Assembly: GCA_964649095.1 (NCBI GenBank)
Contig: CAZYPH010000001.1
Coordinates: forward strand, 1-60,891
Source of the DNA: an uncultured Oligoflexia bacterium
GTDB taxonomy: Bacteria; Bdellovibrionota; UBA1018; UBA923
DNA: 60,891 nucleotides
Direction of reading: 5' to 3'
The notes under the pieces are model-generated. The model worked only from the letters and a program-made list of their open reading frames with translations. It did not search any database and was not told the origin of the DNA. The translations under genes and the position numbers were made by a program. This document shows positions 9,259-18,419 of this stretch, piece by piece. Within the stretch, counting starts at the first letter, position 1. The number at the start of each line of letters is the position of its first letter.

Positions 9259-10011
9259 TTAATGTTGGTTAGAGGTCCCTGACATACTTGTGGTTGTAGA
9301 CGTGGATGCGGGCTGGGTGCGTTCACGAATGAGCCGGACAAGATTGGATACAAATCCGAACGCAATGTAACCCACACACATCACAAAGAGCGTGATTTCC
9401 GGGCGAATCGCTAGCAACACAAAAACTAACGTCACCACGGCTAAAATTCCAAAAGCATTCTCGCGATTTACTTTGAGGTCTTTCAACGAAACAAAACGAA
9501 TCATAGAGACCATCAAAGAACCTAACAACAGTACCATGGCTAACATGTAATTCTGTTTCGGAAGCTCTAAACTAAGCTCATGATAAAATAGAATAGAAGT
9601 CGCTATAGAAGCCGCAGCCACAGGGCTGGGAAGGCCTTGAAAATACGACTTTGCAGCTACGGTCGCGCTGACATTAAACCGCGCCAAACGCAGCGCTGCA
9701 CAGGCTAAATACAAAAACGTAGCCAGCCAACCCATCCTACCAAAAGGCTCTAGTGCCCATTTATACGCCATGAGGGCGGGCGCCAGTCCGAAAGAAATCA
9801 AATCAGATAACGAGTCATACTCAATACCAAAAGCACTTACGGCTGAGGTCATGCGTGCGACTCGACCGTCCATGGAGTCAAACACAATTGACAACATGAT
9901 AGCCCAGGCGGCCGTCACAAAATTACCCTGTAAGCTAGAAATCACCGCAAAATACCCACAGAACATATTCGCAGTCGTAAATAAATTGGGTAATATATAT
10001 ATCTTTTTCAT
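9259..10011 (-). CDS. pssA: CDP-diacylglycerol--serine O-phosphatidyltransferase
   Basis: CDP-alcohol phosphatidyltransferase motif DSMDGRVAR...GIEYDSLSDLI and multiple TM helices. I prefer ATG at 10011 (MKKIYILPNLFT); the track start is TTG at 10044. Confidence 0.85.
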   Translation of the reverse strand: MKKIYILPNLFTTANMFCGYFAVISSLQGNFVTAAWAIMLSIVFDSMDGRVARMTSAVSAFGIEYDSLSDLISFGLAPALMAYKWALEPFGRMGWLATFLYLACAALRLARFNVSATVAAKSYFQGLPSPVAAASIATSILFYHELSLELPKQNYMLAMVLLLGSLMVSMIRFVSLKDLKVNRENAFGILAVVTLVFVLLAIRPEITLFVMCVGYIAFGFVSNLVRLIRERTQPASTSTTTSMSGTSNQH

Positions 10012-10047
10012 AATATGACTAACGTTCTCACGTTGCCTCACCAAGAA

Positions 10048-10773
10048 TCAAACGACTAACTTTGCCAACAACGTACGTCCCGCTTCAGTTCTGTCGCCTG
10101 GGTGCACACAAATTTCAGAATTCAACGGCACAACAACTTCCATCCGCGAACCAAAACGAATCATCCCGTACCGCTCGCCTTTGGCTAAAACCGTACCCGT
10201 AGTGATATAACAAACAATTCGACGAGCCACGAAGCCCGCAATCTGCACATAGGCCACTTTTTTCCCGGAGGCATGCCGTTGTACTAGCCAATTGTGTTCG
10301 TTTTCTTCTGATGCCTTGTCCAAATCGGCTTTAAAGAATTTGCCTTTTACATACTGAATAGTTTCAACGGGCCCCGATATCGGCGCGCGGTTCACATGTA
10401 CGTCGACCGGCGACATGAAAATGCTAATTTTTTTGGCTCGCGCCTCGCCAATTCGGCCGCCATCGATTTCTTCAATCTTAAGCACACGACCACTAGCGGG
10501 CGAAAGGACCTCATTAGGTGCACTATCTACCACATCAAATTGTGGGCAGCGATAGAACCACACTGAAAAGGCGGTCAAAAACAACCCAAAAAACTGCGAT
10601 ACACGACCCAAATAATACAACCATTCAGGCATATCGGTCTGGGCATGGGCTAAAACATAACCCGAGCAAAATAAAATAACCCCAGCCAAAATATAAGGGA
10701 AACCCTCGATTTGAATGGGCAATTTATGATTTTTTAATTTCGACATAGAGGCATTATCAGGCGCTATATTCAT
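10048..10773 (-). CDS. psd: phosphatidylserine decarboxylase proenzyme (short, membrane-anchored type)
   Basis: N-terminal TM helices and a FGSRMEV self-cleavage (G-S) site near the C-terminus. It lies immediately upstream of pssA. Confidence 0.85.
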   Translation of the reverse strand: MNIAPDNASMSKLKNHKLPIQIEGFPYILAGVILFCSGYVLAHAQTDMPEWLYYLGRVSQFFGLFLTAFSVWFYRCPQFDVVDSAPNEVLSPASGRVLKIEEIDGGRIGEARAKKISIFMSPVDVHVNRAPISGPVETIQYVKGKFFKADLDKASEENEHNWLVQRHASGKKVAYVQIAGFVARRIVCYITTGTVLAKGERYGMIRFGSRMEVVVPLNSEICVHPGDRTEAGRTLLAKLVV

Positions 10774-10833
10774 GTTGGTCCCTTTTGTGATTCTTGCCCC
10801 CTAGGCTAACAATTTGGAGGTCTACTTGTAAAG

Positions 10834-11511
10834 TTAAGGGGTTAGACCGGCTAGTTTCTTCTGTGCGGCCGATAGTTTTAGATAATTAACCGCTAGTTTT
10901 TGAGATTGTGTTAGCGGTAGTTTGGACAAAAACTCAATAATATTCAGGCGTATGGCGGCGTCAATCGACTCCAACGCCGCGCCCTGAAAGACGTCGAGGG
11001 GAGTCGCAGACGGTAGGCCATTACCAGCATTATCGCGAGCATCATTGCGAGCATCATTGTCGGCGTTATCGTCGGCACACAACTCATCGACCCATACGCC
11101 CGATTCGAGGTTGCGATAACCGTGATAGACTTCATTTTGCTGAGCATCTACCCAGACGGCAGCCGCACCACCTGGCTGACTCGACCACTGCGCCAGCCAT
11201 TCTAGCGACGAAAAACCCACTACTGGTATATTAAGCGCCTGACCTAAGCTTTGCGCCGTCGCAGCGGCCACGCGAATTCCGGTAAATGAGCCTGGCCCAA
11301 CACCACAAGCAATTCCGGTAAGTGTGTTGGTGCTTAGATGTGCTTTTTTTAAAACGGCATCAATATGAAACAAAAGGGCCGAGGCTAACCCACCTTGGGT
11401 GGGCACTAAAGCGCCTGCTCTTATGGTGGCCCCGGAACCAGCGGTTCCGGGGGCGCTGATAACTACAACACTAGCCTTTGAAAAGGCGCCATCGATGGCC
11501 AACAGATTCAT
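10834..11511 (-). CDS. tsaB: tRNA t6A37 biosynthesis protein TsaB (YeaZ-like)
   Basis: LAIDGA..., GVGPGSFTGIRVAAATAQSL and PVVGFSSLE. It contains an Asp/Asn/Ala low-complexity insertion. Confidence 0.8.
   Translation of the reverse strand: MNLLAIDGAFSKASVVVISAPGTAGSGATIRAGALVPTQGGLASALLFHIDAVLKKAHLSTNTLTGIACGVGPGSFTGIRVAAATAQSLGQALNIPVVGFSSLEWLAQWSSQPGGAAAVWVDAQQNEVYHGYRNLESGVWVDELCADDNADNDARNDARDNAGNGLPSATPLDVFQGAALESIDAAIRLNIIEFLSKLPLTQSQKLAVNYLKLSAAQKKLAGLTP
11035..11076. repeat. short tandem repeats inside tsaB (2 x gcgagcatcatt, followed by gtcggcgttatc and a partial second copy gtcggc)
   Basis: Read directly from the sequence. On the minus strand it encodes ADDNADNDARNDARDNAGNG. Confidence 0.8.
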
Positions 11512-11516
11512 GAAAT

Positions 11517-13265
11517 CTAATGAAAGAAATTCTTCAGAGCAGGCAAGCCTACACGGGTAATATCGTTAAACAAAACGACTACCAAAAGTAAGACAATCAA
11601 CGACAGGCCGACTTGCTGAATCAGCTCGGTCTGTTTCACCGAGATCGGTTTTCGACGAATCACTTCTATCCCCAGTAAAAAAATATGACCCCCATCTAAA
11701 ACCGGCACTGGCAACAAATTGAATACTGCGAGACTAATTGAAATCAACGCCATCACACGCAAAAAGGCATTGAGCCCGCGCGACATCGAATCTCCTGCCA
11801 ATTTACCAATCAGAAGCGGACCACCTAAAGTGCCAACAGACACTTTTCGAGTGACCAATTTCTTAATCGAAATAAATGTCTTGGCTGATAAATCGATGGC
11901 CTTGGTCCAGGACACGACGGTGAGAGTCCAAGGATTAAACGTACGTTCAATAACATACTCTGGCTCAGTTTGAATTAATCGCGGTGCTAGACCAATCATG
12001 TAACTCGTAACCTCTTTACCTGTTGGTCCTGGCTGGGTTTGGACTTGCGGCTGCAGTGTTTTCTCTAAACGTTCCATGCCATCGGCCGTGGCACGTTCGA
12101 CTACGAGAACAAAGCTTTTATGATCTTGCCCGAATGCGTTTACCTTCCATTTTAAATCATCAAACGAACTCAACTCGACCAACGCTGCGCCTGGCGCTGC
12201 ACGCACCCCTACTACACGGTCGTTCGTTTGCACGCCCGCCTGAAAAGCCGGCAAACCGTCTACCGCTTTCGCCACAAAAAGTTCAGACGAGTAGATGCCC
12301 AACGGACTTAAAACCGGATTGTTTTGTGCCACAGTCTGAGCAACCTTGCCCTCCACCACAACCACTTGTGTCGGTTGTTTGGCTTTTAATGCCGACTGGT
12401 AATTGCCCTTTTCAAACTCCGGGTCTCGCACAACCCCAAATGCCAAACGCAAAGGTTTGCCTGCTGATGCACTACTGAACAACTCTTTTGCAATGAACTC
12501 GAGCTCCTCGAACGATTGCACCACTCGATCGTTTATAGAATAAACCCAATCGCCAGATCGCAGACCAGCCAAATAGGCCGCACTTCCAGCATCGCTGATA
12601 CCAATGACCGGCCCCCTGGCATAGATCTGTAACCCTGGCACATCGCCGATATCTGTTGGCTCACCGTATAACGTAAAACCAGGCACCGCTTCAGGGACCA
12701 CTTTCAGCTCCCGAATAGCACTATCCACACCACGAACTCGGACAGAGAGTTCTTTTCCAGGCGCTTCAGAAATAATTTTTTGCACTTCTTCAAAACTCGA
12801 TACGACCGTCTTATCGATCGTGGTCACAAGGTCGCCACGTTGGAAGCCCATCTTTTCCGCAGCGGATTGCGGTAACACCCTGGCCACTTTAGGCGCAATA
12901 TGAGGTTCGCCCAACACCATCATGGTGGCAAAAACAAAAACGGCGAATAAAAAATTGAATAATGGACCGCCAAACAGAACTAAAAACCGCTTCCATGGTT
13001 TTAAAAACAGCAGCGAACGGTGCTGCAACTCTGTGGTCACTTCCTCGTTCGGATCCTGACCATACAGCTTTACGTAACCACCTAACGGAATCACAGACAA
13101 ACAATACTCGGTCTCGCCCCAAGTCTTGGAGAAAATTTTTGGACCAAAACCAATCGAAAACGTATCGACACGGACTTTAAAAAGCTTCGCAAACAAATAA
13201 TGCCCAAGCTCATGTACAAATACCAGAGGGCCTAAAAGCAACAAAAATGACGTGATATAAACCAT
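11517..13265 (-). CDS. rseP: RseP-type M50 site-2 zinc metalloprotease
   Basis: HELGHY near the N-terminus, C-terminal NLLPVPVLDGGH, and PDZ-like central repeats. At 582 aa it is longer than E. coli RseP (450 aa). Confidence 0.88.
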   Translation of the reverse strand: MVYITSFLLLLGPLVFVHELGHYLFAKLFKVRVDTFSIGFGPKIFSKTWGETEYCLSVIPLGGYVKLYGQDPNEEVTTELQHRSLLFLKPWKRFLVLFGGPLFNFLFAVFVFATMMVLGEPHIAPKVARVLPQSAAEKMGFQRGDLVTTIDKTVVSSFEEVQKIISEAPGKELSVRVRGVDSAIRELKVVPEAVPGFTLYGEPTDIGDVPGLQIYARGPVIGISDAGSAAYLAGLRSGDWVYSINDRVVQSFEELEFIAKELFSSASAGKPLRLAFGVVRDPEFEKGNYQSALKAKQPTQVVVVEGKVAQTVAQNNPVLSPLGIYSSELFVAKAVDGLPAFQAGVQTNDRVVGVRAAPGAALVELSSFDDLKWKVNAFGQDHKSFVLVVERATADGMERLEKTLQPQVQTQPGPTGKEVTSYMIGLAPRLIQTEPEYVIERTFNPWTLTVVSWTKAIDLSAKTFISIKKLVTRKVSVGTLGGPLLIGKLAGDSMSRGLNAFLRVMALISISLAVFNLLPVPVLDGGHIFLLGIEVIRRKPISVKQTELIQQVGLSLIVLLLVVVLFNDITRVGLPALKNFFH

Positions 13266-13307
13266 AAGCTCCTAGTTTATCAGGGATAATTTATTTATTC
13301 AAAGCGC

Positions 13308-14258
13308 TCAAAAAATCTTAGTACAAATATACAGAAAAGGGGCCGCAAACAGAACCCCATCAAAGCGGTCTAAAACGCCACCGTGCCCGGGTAGAATCTG
13401 GCTAGAATCTTTCACCCCAAACACCCGCTTAATATAAGACTCACACAAATCACCACACTGCGACGCCAAACTTAAAACGACGACGGTACTCACGCAGCCT
13501 AAAACGGTAAGTTTTTTAAACACTAGAAGTTTAAACAAAAGCCCGACCACGAGCGAGCCCAGTAATGCTGCAACGGCGCCTTCGACCGATTTTCCTGGCG
13601 AAATCACCGGATACAATTTGGTTTTACCGTAACGCAGGCCACCAAAATAGGCGGCCGTATCCCCCACCCAAACGACAAGAAAAAATAGAATAGACCAATA
13701 GAGGCCGTTCAAACCCTCTCGTACGATCGGAATATAACCAATCAAAAGGCCGGCATAAACAAGAGCAAACAGCGACCACACCAACTCATGAAAGTGCCGC
13801 TGAAAAGCGGGCATACCATCTACTGCAACAACCCCATGAGAGGAACCTCGAACATCATAACGCTCTGCGGTAGCTAAAAAATACGTAAACCAGACCAAAA
13901 AAAATAGAATCAGCACTTCTTTTGAAGAATGCGGCAATAACCAGTTTAAAAACAAAATTAACCAAACCGACCCCACCAAAACCAGCCGCTTTTCGCGCTG
14001 ATCAGGCAAACGATAAATCATAGCGCTCAACTCTAAGGCCATTAACATGCCTAAAATGCTGGCCAGCAAATGTGCGGCTAACCCACCCAAAACAAACAAC
14101 AGCAGAATAAAAAGCACACTGCCGATCGCGGCCGATCGCACTCGAGCTTTAGTCTCCGCTGCCTGGTCCGTAAATTTCAATTTTGGACGACTCAAAAGGT
14201 AATCAAAAAGAGCCTGAATCTTTAATTCCATTTTTTCCAAAAGAAGCTCCTGCCCCAA
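13308..14258 (-). CDS. cdsA: phosphatidate cytidylyltransferase
   Basis: Signature SYIKRVFGVKDSSQILPGHGGVLDRFDG on a polytopic membrane protein. Confidence 0.88.
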   Translation of the reverse strand: MGQELLLEKMELKIQALFDYLLSRPKLKFTDQAAETKARVRSAAIGSVLFILLLFVLGGLAAHLLASILGMLMALELSAMIYRLPDQREKRLVLVGSVWLILFLNWLLPHSSKEVLILFFLVWFTYFLATAERYDVRGSSHGVVAVDGMPAFQRHFHELVWSLFALVYAGLLIGYIPIVREGLNGLYWSILFFLVVWVGDTAAYFGGLRYGKTKLYPVISPGKSVEGAVAALLGSLVVGLLFKLLVFKKLTVLGCVSTVVVLSLASQCGDLCESYIKRVFGVKDSSQILPGHGGVLDRFDGVLFAAPFLYICTKIF

Positions 14259-14267
14259 GGCACTCGA

Positions 14268-15089
14268 CTAATTTACGGCACCACGCAAACGCGACAAAAA
14301 AACATCTGAAACGGAAACACGCTTTGATTTGACAGAGCTCACCCCGGCAGACTGCGCTACTAAACCTGATTCCGTCGATTCTACTTGAGACTGCGTCAAA
14401 CCAAAACGACGCTGTCGCCGCGAAAAAGAATCGATCGCGCGACGAAAATCAACGGGTTTAAAATCAGGCCACATCACTTCTGCAAAATAGAGTTCAGCGT
14501 AGGCTAACTGCCACAATAGAAAATTTGAAATCCGTTCTTCGCCACTAGTACGGATTAAAAGATCTGGGTCACCTAGGTCTGAGGTCTGCAAATAACTTCC
14601 AAACAAATTCTCAGAAATTTCCTGGATGCGTAATTTACCCGCAGCTACTTCAATACAAGCTCGTTTGGTAGCCTCTAAAATCTCGCCGCGGCCACTGTAT
14701 GATAACGCCAACGTAAGATTTAAGCCGGTATTATGCTGCGACAGTGCCGTCGTTTCATCTACCAATTTGCGCACGAAAGCAGGGAGTTTACTTAAATCGC
14801 CAATAGCTCGAAAACGGATTTTTTTATCCATTAATTCACGGCGTTCACGCACAAGCCATTTCGACAACAAGCGCATCAGGACGCCCACTTCAGTATCTGG
14901 ACGCCCCCAATTTTCTGACGAAAAGGCGTAGAGAGTTAAGGCCTTTACACCAAGACGATCGGCCTCACGAATAATGTCACGAACACGTGCGCATCCTCGA
15001 ATATGGCCATGCACTCGAGGTCGTCCACGACGCTCTGCCCAGCGACCATTGCCATCCATGATAATCGCGATATGTTTGGGAATTTCCAT
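14268..15089 (-). CDS. uppS: di-trans,poly-cis-undecaprenyl-diphosphate synthase
   Basis: HIAIIMDGNGRWA and DLLIRTSGEERISNFLLWQ. Confidence 0.92.
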   Translation of the reverse strand: MEIPKHIAIIMDGNGRWAERRGRPRVHGHIRGCARVRDIIREADRLGVKALTLYAFSSENWGRPDTEVGVLMRLLSKWLVRERRELMDKKIRFRAIGDLSKLPAFVRKLVDETTALSQHNTGLNLTLALSYSGRGEILEATKRACIEVAAGKLRIQEISENLFGSYLQTSDLGDPDLLIRTSGEERISNFLLWQLAYAELYFAEVMWPDFKPVDFRRAIDSFSRRQRRFGLTQSQVESTESGLVAQSAGVSSVKSKRVSVSDVFLSRLRGAVN

Positions 15090-15095
15090 TGCGAA

Positions 15096-15656
15096 TCAAA
15101 CCGTCAAAATTTCTTTTTCTTTGGCTACAATTAATTTCTCAACTTCAGCCGTAAATTCGTCTGTCTTTTTTTGCACAAGGTCCGTGGCTTTTTTGGCCTC
15201 GTCTTCGGTCAGTTTCTTTTCTTTTTCTTCTCTTTTAATCGACTCATTGGCGTCACGACGCTCGTTGCGTAGCGCTACACGCGACTCTTCAGCCATCTTT
15301 TTAATTTGTTTTACGAGGTCTTTACGACGCTCTTCGGTCAACATGGGCAATGGCACACGAATTAACTTACCGTCATTTTGTGGATTAAAACCGAGGTCTG
15401 CCACTAAGATTGCCTTTTCAATGGCGGGCAAAAGGCTTTGCTCCCATGGCTGAATGAGAATTTGACGAGGCTCTGGACAGCTCACGGCAGCTACTTGGCT
15501 CAGGGCTGTTGGTGTACCGTAGTAATCTACTCGTACACTGTCTAACAAAGCAGGTGTGGCGCGCCCGGTGCGCACCTTGGTAAGGTCGGTTTTTAAACTC
15601 GTTAGGGTCTTCGTCATTTTGACATGTAGTGCGTCTAAGATGTCTTTAGTGGCCAT
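15096..15656 (-). CDS. frr: ribosome recycling factor
   Basis: 186 aa with the typical RRF sequence (RTGRATPALLD..., NPQNDGKLIRVPLPMLTEERR). It sits in the conserved position after pyrH. Confidence 0.95.
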   Translation of the reverse strand: MATKDILDALHVKMTKTLTSLKTDLTKVRTGRATPALLDSVRVDYYGTPTALSQVAAVSCPEPRQILIQPWEQSLLPAIEKAILVADLGFNPQNDGKLIRVPLPMLTEERRKDLVKQIKKMAEESRVALRNERRDANESIKREEKEKKLTEDEAKKATDLVQKKTDEFTAEVEKLIVAKEKEILTV

Positions 15657-15700
15657 GAAATGATCCTCCTTCTAAATATTTAAACTTTCTATCAGGGGGG

Positions 15701-16489
15701 TTAGGGCTTGGCATTAGATACCAATGTACCCACCTGTTCACCCATAACAACACGGCGGATACTGCCTGTCTCGTTTAGATTAAACACGATGATTGGCAAT
15801 TCATTGTCCATACATAGCGATATGGCCGTTGAATCCATCACTTTTAAATTGCGCTGTAGCACTTCAATGTAACTCAGTTGGCGAAATAGTTTTGCGTCTT
15901 TGACTTTGGCAGGATCCGCGTCATAAACACCATCGACTTTTGTGGCTTTACAAATCACTTCGGCGTTCATTTCCATCGCCCGTAAACTAGCTGCAGTATC
16001 GGTACTAAAATAAGGGTTCCCAGTACCTGCTGCAAAAATAACGACGCGTTTCTTTTCCAGGTGCCGCACAGCTTTACGACGAATATAGGGTTCCGCAACT
16101 TCTTGAATTTCAATGGCAGACTGCACGCGCGTATAAACACCAAGCCGCTCTAACGCATCTTGAAGCGCTAAACTATTCATCACCGTAGCCAACATGCCCA
16201 TATAATCGGCCTGAGCACGATCCATACCGCGAGCCGAGGCTGCAATGCCTCGAAAAATATTTCCCCCACCCAACACCACACACACTTCGACACCCATGTC
16301 GCGAATTTCTTTAATGTCATTAGCGATGACTTCGAGAATATTCGTGTCAATGCCATAACCAGCCTCGCCGGCTAAAGCTTCACCCGAAAGTTTTAATAAA
16401 ATGCGTTTGTATTTAGTGGAGATTGACGGCCCGCAAGCAGCGCCCGCTGTCACCGGTTGGTGCGAATGACCAGAATCGTTATTACTCAT
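15701..16489 (-). CDS. pyrH: UMP kinase
   Basis: [22 protein letters not shown] and [16 protein letters not shown]. Confidence 0.95.
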   Translation of the reverse strand: MSNNDSGHSHQPVTAGAACGPSISTKYKRILLKLSGEALAGEAGYGIDTNILEVIANDIKEIRDMGVEVCVVLGGGNIFRGIAASARGMDRAQADYMGMLATVMNSLALQDALERLGVYTRVQSAIEIQEVAEPYIRRKAVRHLEKKRVVIFAAGTGNPYFSTDTAASLRAMEMNAEVICKATKVDGVYDADPAKVKDAKLFRQLSYIEVLQRNLKVMDSTAISLCMDNELPIIVFNLNETGSIRRVVMGEQVGTLVSNAKP

Positions 16490-16609
16490 ATGTATTCTAA
16501 CTATGATGGCCTAATCCAGAACTGTAAAGACCAACTAAAACTAAGGCACAACAGGGGAGCATCAGTATTTTCTACTGGGCCCCCGCTGTTGGCCTTATCG
16601 TGAACTAGA

Positions 16610-17224
16610 CTACTTTTGGCCTTCGCCCAAAGTAAATCGAGCAAAGCGGCGGATGGCGATATTCTCGCCAATTTTTGCAATCAACTCGGTCGTCAACTGC
16701 TCAACGGTTTTGCTCGGATCTTTTACGAATGGCTGTTTCAACAAACACACATCATCGACAAATTTCGCCAAACGGCCTTCAATGATTTTATCCAATACGG
16801 CTTGGGGTTTGCCGGCATTTTTTGGATCTTGTTTTAATTGTTCAATCAAGATTTCGCGTTCTTTGGCTACAGCCGAAGCATCCACTTCTTCAGTGCGCAC
16901 ATACTGTGGGCTAGCCGCAGCAATGTGCATGGAGATGTCTTTTACGAAGTTTTGGAATTGCTCGTTACGCGCTACGAAATCAGTCTCACAGTTGATTTCA
17001 ACTAAAACACCAATTTTGCCATTCGCGTGAATGTAGCTACCGATCGAACCCTCTTTGGCTACTCGGTCTGCTTTTTTTGCTGCGGCACTAAGGCCTTTTT
17101 TACGCAAAAAATCTACAGCTTTCTCAAAATCACCTTGGCTTTCTACCAAGGCTTTTTTGCAGTCCATCATGCCAGCGCCTGTTTTTTCGCGCAGGTCTTT
17201 TACTTGATTCGCTGAAATTTCCAT
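16610..17224 (-). CDS. tsf: translation elongation factor Ts (short form)
   Basis: N-terminal UBA-like VKDLREKTGAGMMDCKKAL and position downstream of rpsB. 204 aa. Confidence 0.92.
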   Translation of the reverse strand: MEISANQVKDLREKTGAGMMDCKKALVESQGDFEKAVDFLRKKGLSAAAKKADRVAKEGSIGSYIHANGKIGVLVEINCETDFVARNEQFQNFVKDISMHIAAASPQYVRTEEVDASAVAKEREILIEQLKQDPKNAGKPQAVLDKIIEGRLAKFVDDVCLLKQPFVKDPSKTVEQLTTELIAKIGENIAIRRFARFTLGEGQK

Positions 17225-17245
17225 AAATAACTGTCCTCTAAAAAT

Positions 17246-18112
17246 TTAGTTTAACGTTGTGCCTTCAGTGGTTTCTTTTTCAGCCTCTTCTTGAGCAGCC
17301 AATAATTCGGCTTCGTCCACACGTTTCAAGTCGATATCACCCTCAAAGCGCGATACTTTTTTACCGCCCTCAGAATCATCCGTAGTCAAAGCAGCCGCCA
17401 AACGCTCATCACCTTTTAAACGCTCTTGGAACACTTGAGTGCCTTCTAAACAAGCTTCAGCAATTAAGTGTGAAAATAATTTAATAGCGCGAATGGCATC
17501 GTCGTTACCTGGAATAACGTAATCGACGTTGTCGGGATCGCAGTTCGTATCCACCACGGCAATAGTTGGAATACCCAATTTTTTAGCTTCTTTCACCGCG
17601 ATATGCTCTTTTGCTGGATCGATAATAAAAATAGCGCCCGGCAAACGTTTCATGTCTTTAATGCCGCCTAAAGACGCTTCTAACTTGGCTACTTCGCGAT
17701 TCAACATAGCTTGTTCTTTTTTTGTTAACGCCTCAAAGTCGCCATCGACTTTCATTTTTTCGATGTGCTTTAAACGTTCAATCGATGCTTTAATCGTTTG
17801 ATAATTTGTCAACGTACCACCCAACCAACGGTTGGCTACGTAGTTTTGACCGGAACGTGATGCTTCTTCAATGATCACATCTTTAGCTTGTTTTTTTGTA
17901 CCTACGAACAGAACGCGTTTGCCTTCAGCACAGATTTTCTTTGCGAAGTCGCAGGCTTCTTTAGTGTTCTGAACTGTTTTTTGTAGGTCGATAATATAGA
18001 TACCGTTACGTGCACCAAAAACATAAGGCTTCATTTTTGGATTCCATCGGCTTGTCTGGTGACCGAAATGCACACCAGCTTCTAATAGTTCTTTCATGGT
18101 TACGTTTGGCAT
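17246..18112 (-). CDS. rpsB: 30S ribosomal protein S2
   Basis: [19 protein letters not shown] and an acidic C-terminal tail. Confidence 0.95.
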   Translation of the reverse strand: MPNVTMKELLEAGVHFGHQTSRWNPKMKPYVFGARNGIYIIDLQKTVQNTKEACDFAKKICAEGKRVLFVGTKKQAKDVIIEEASRSGQNYVANRWLGGTLTNYQTIKASIERLKHIEKMKVDGDFEALTKKEQAMLNREVAKLEASLGGIKDMKRLPGAIFIIDPAKEHIAVKEAKKLGIPTIAVVDTNCDPDNVDYVIPGNDDAIRAIKLFSHLIAEACLEGTQVFQERLKGDERLAAALTTDDSEGGKKVSRFEGDIDLKRVDEAELLAAQEEAEKETTEGTTLN

Positions 18113-18205
18113 AGATTTACTCCATATATTTTTTGTGGACTGTTTTGTTTAGGTGCCAAACCAAAATGAAAATAAGAGCGTGGGCTATTACTTTGATCTT
18201 GGTTT

Positions 18206-18230
18206 CTAATTTTTCACGATGAAAAATTAG
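18206..18230. repeat. perfect 11-bp AT-rich inverted repeat in the rpsB upstream region
   Basis: ctaatttttca (18206..18216), loop cga, then tgaaaaattag (18220..18230). Confidence 0.7.
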
Positions 18231-18419
18231 TATCTTCCACTCTTCAAACCTGTTGGGATGAAGCCCCCTCAAGAGGGCCTTGTTCACAACAAGCACCAAG
18301 TTTATTTAAAGCCGCCAGTTGGACTGACTACTTTAAGAAAAGTGTGTGAGATAAGGGACTTCTACCGGAAGTACGGGCCGAACGCCATAACAAACTTAAA
18401 TGGTGTGCTGGGTTTAACA

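Noticed and set aside
12023-12478. Long antisense ORFs inside well-supported genes (for example 12023..12478, 14974..15453, 16653..17030, 19765..20193, 46084..46485, 7875..8333, 2941..3243, 486..731, 697..1038)
   Set aside because: They have low-complexity or compositionally skewed translations and no start context. Each is fully embedded opposite a CDS with clear family motifs, so they are typical shadow ORFs.
14259-15095. Absence of dxr between frr and uppS (E. coli order frr-dxr-uppS-cdsA-rseP) and absence of bamA after rseP
   Set aside because: Gene order in this block varies widely among phyla and the missing genes may simply lie elsewhere. It is not evidence for anything without the full genome.
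16490-16609. Imperfect G/C-rich hairpin downstream of tsf (ggccaacagcggggg...ctcccctgttgtgcc, followed on the minus strand by ttagtttt)
   Set aside because: The stem has several mismatches and the U-tract is interrupted. It may be an attenuator between tsf and pyrH, but I cannot support it by eye.
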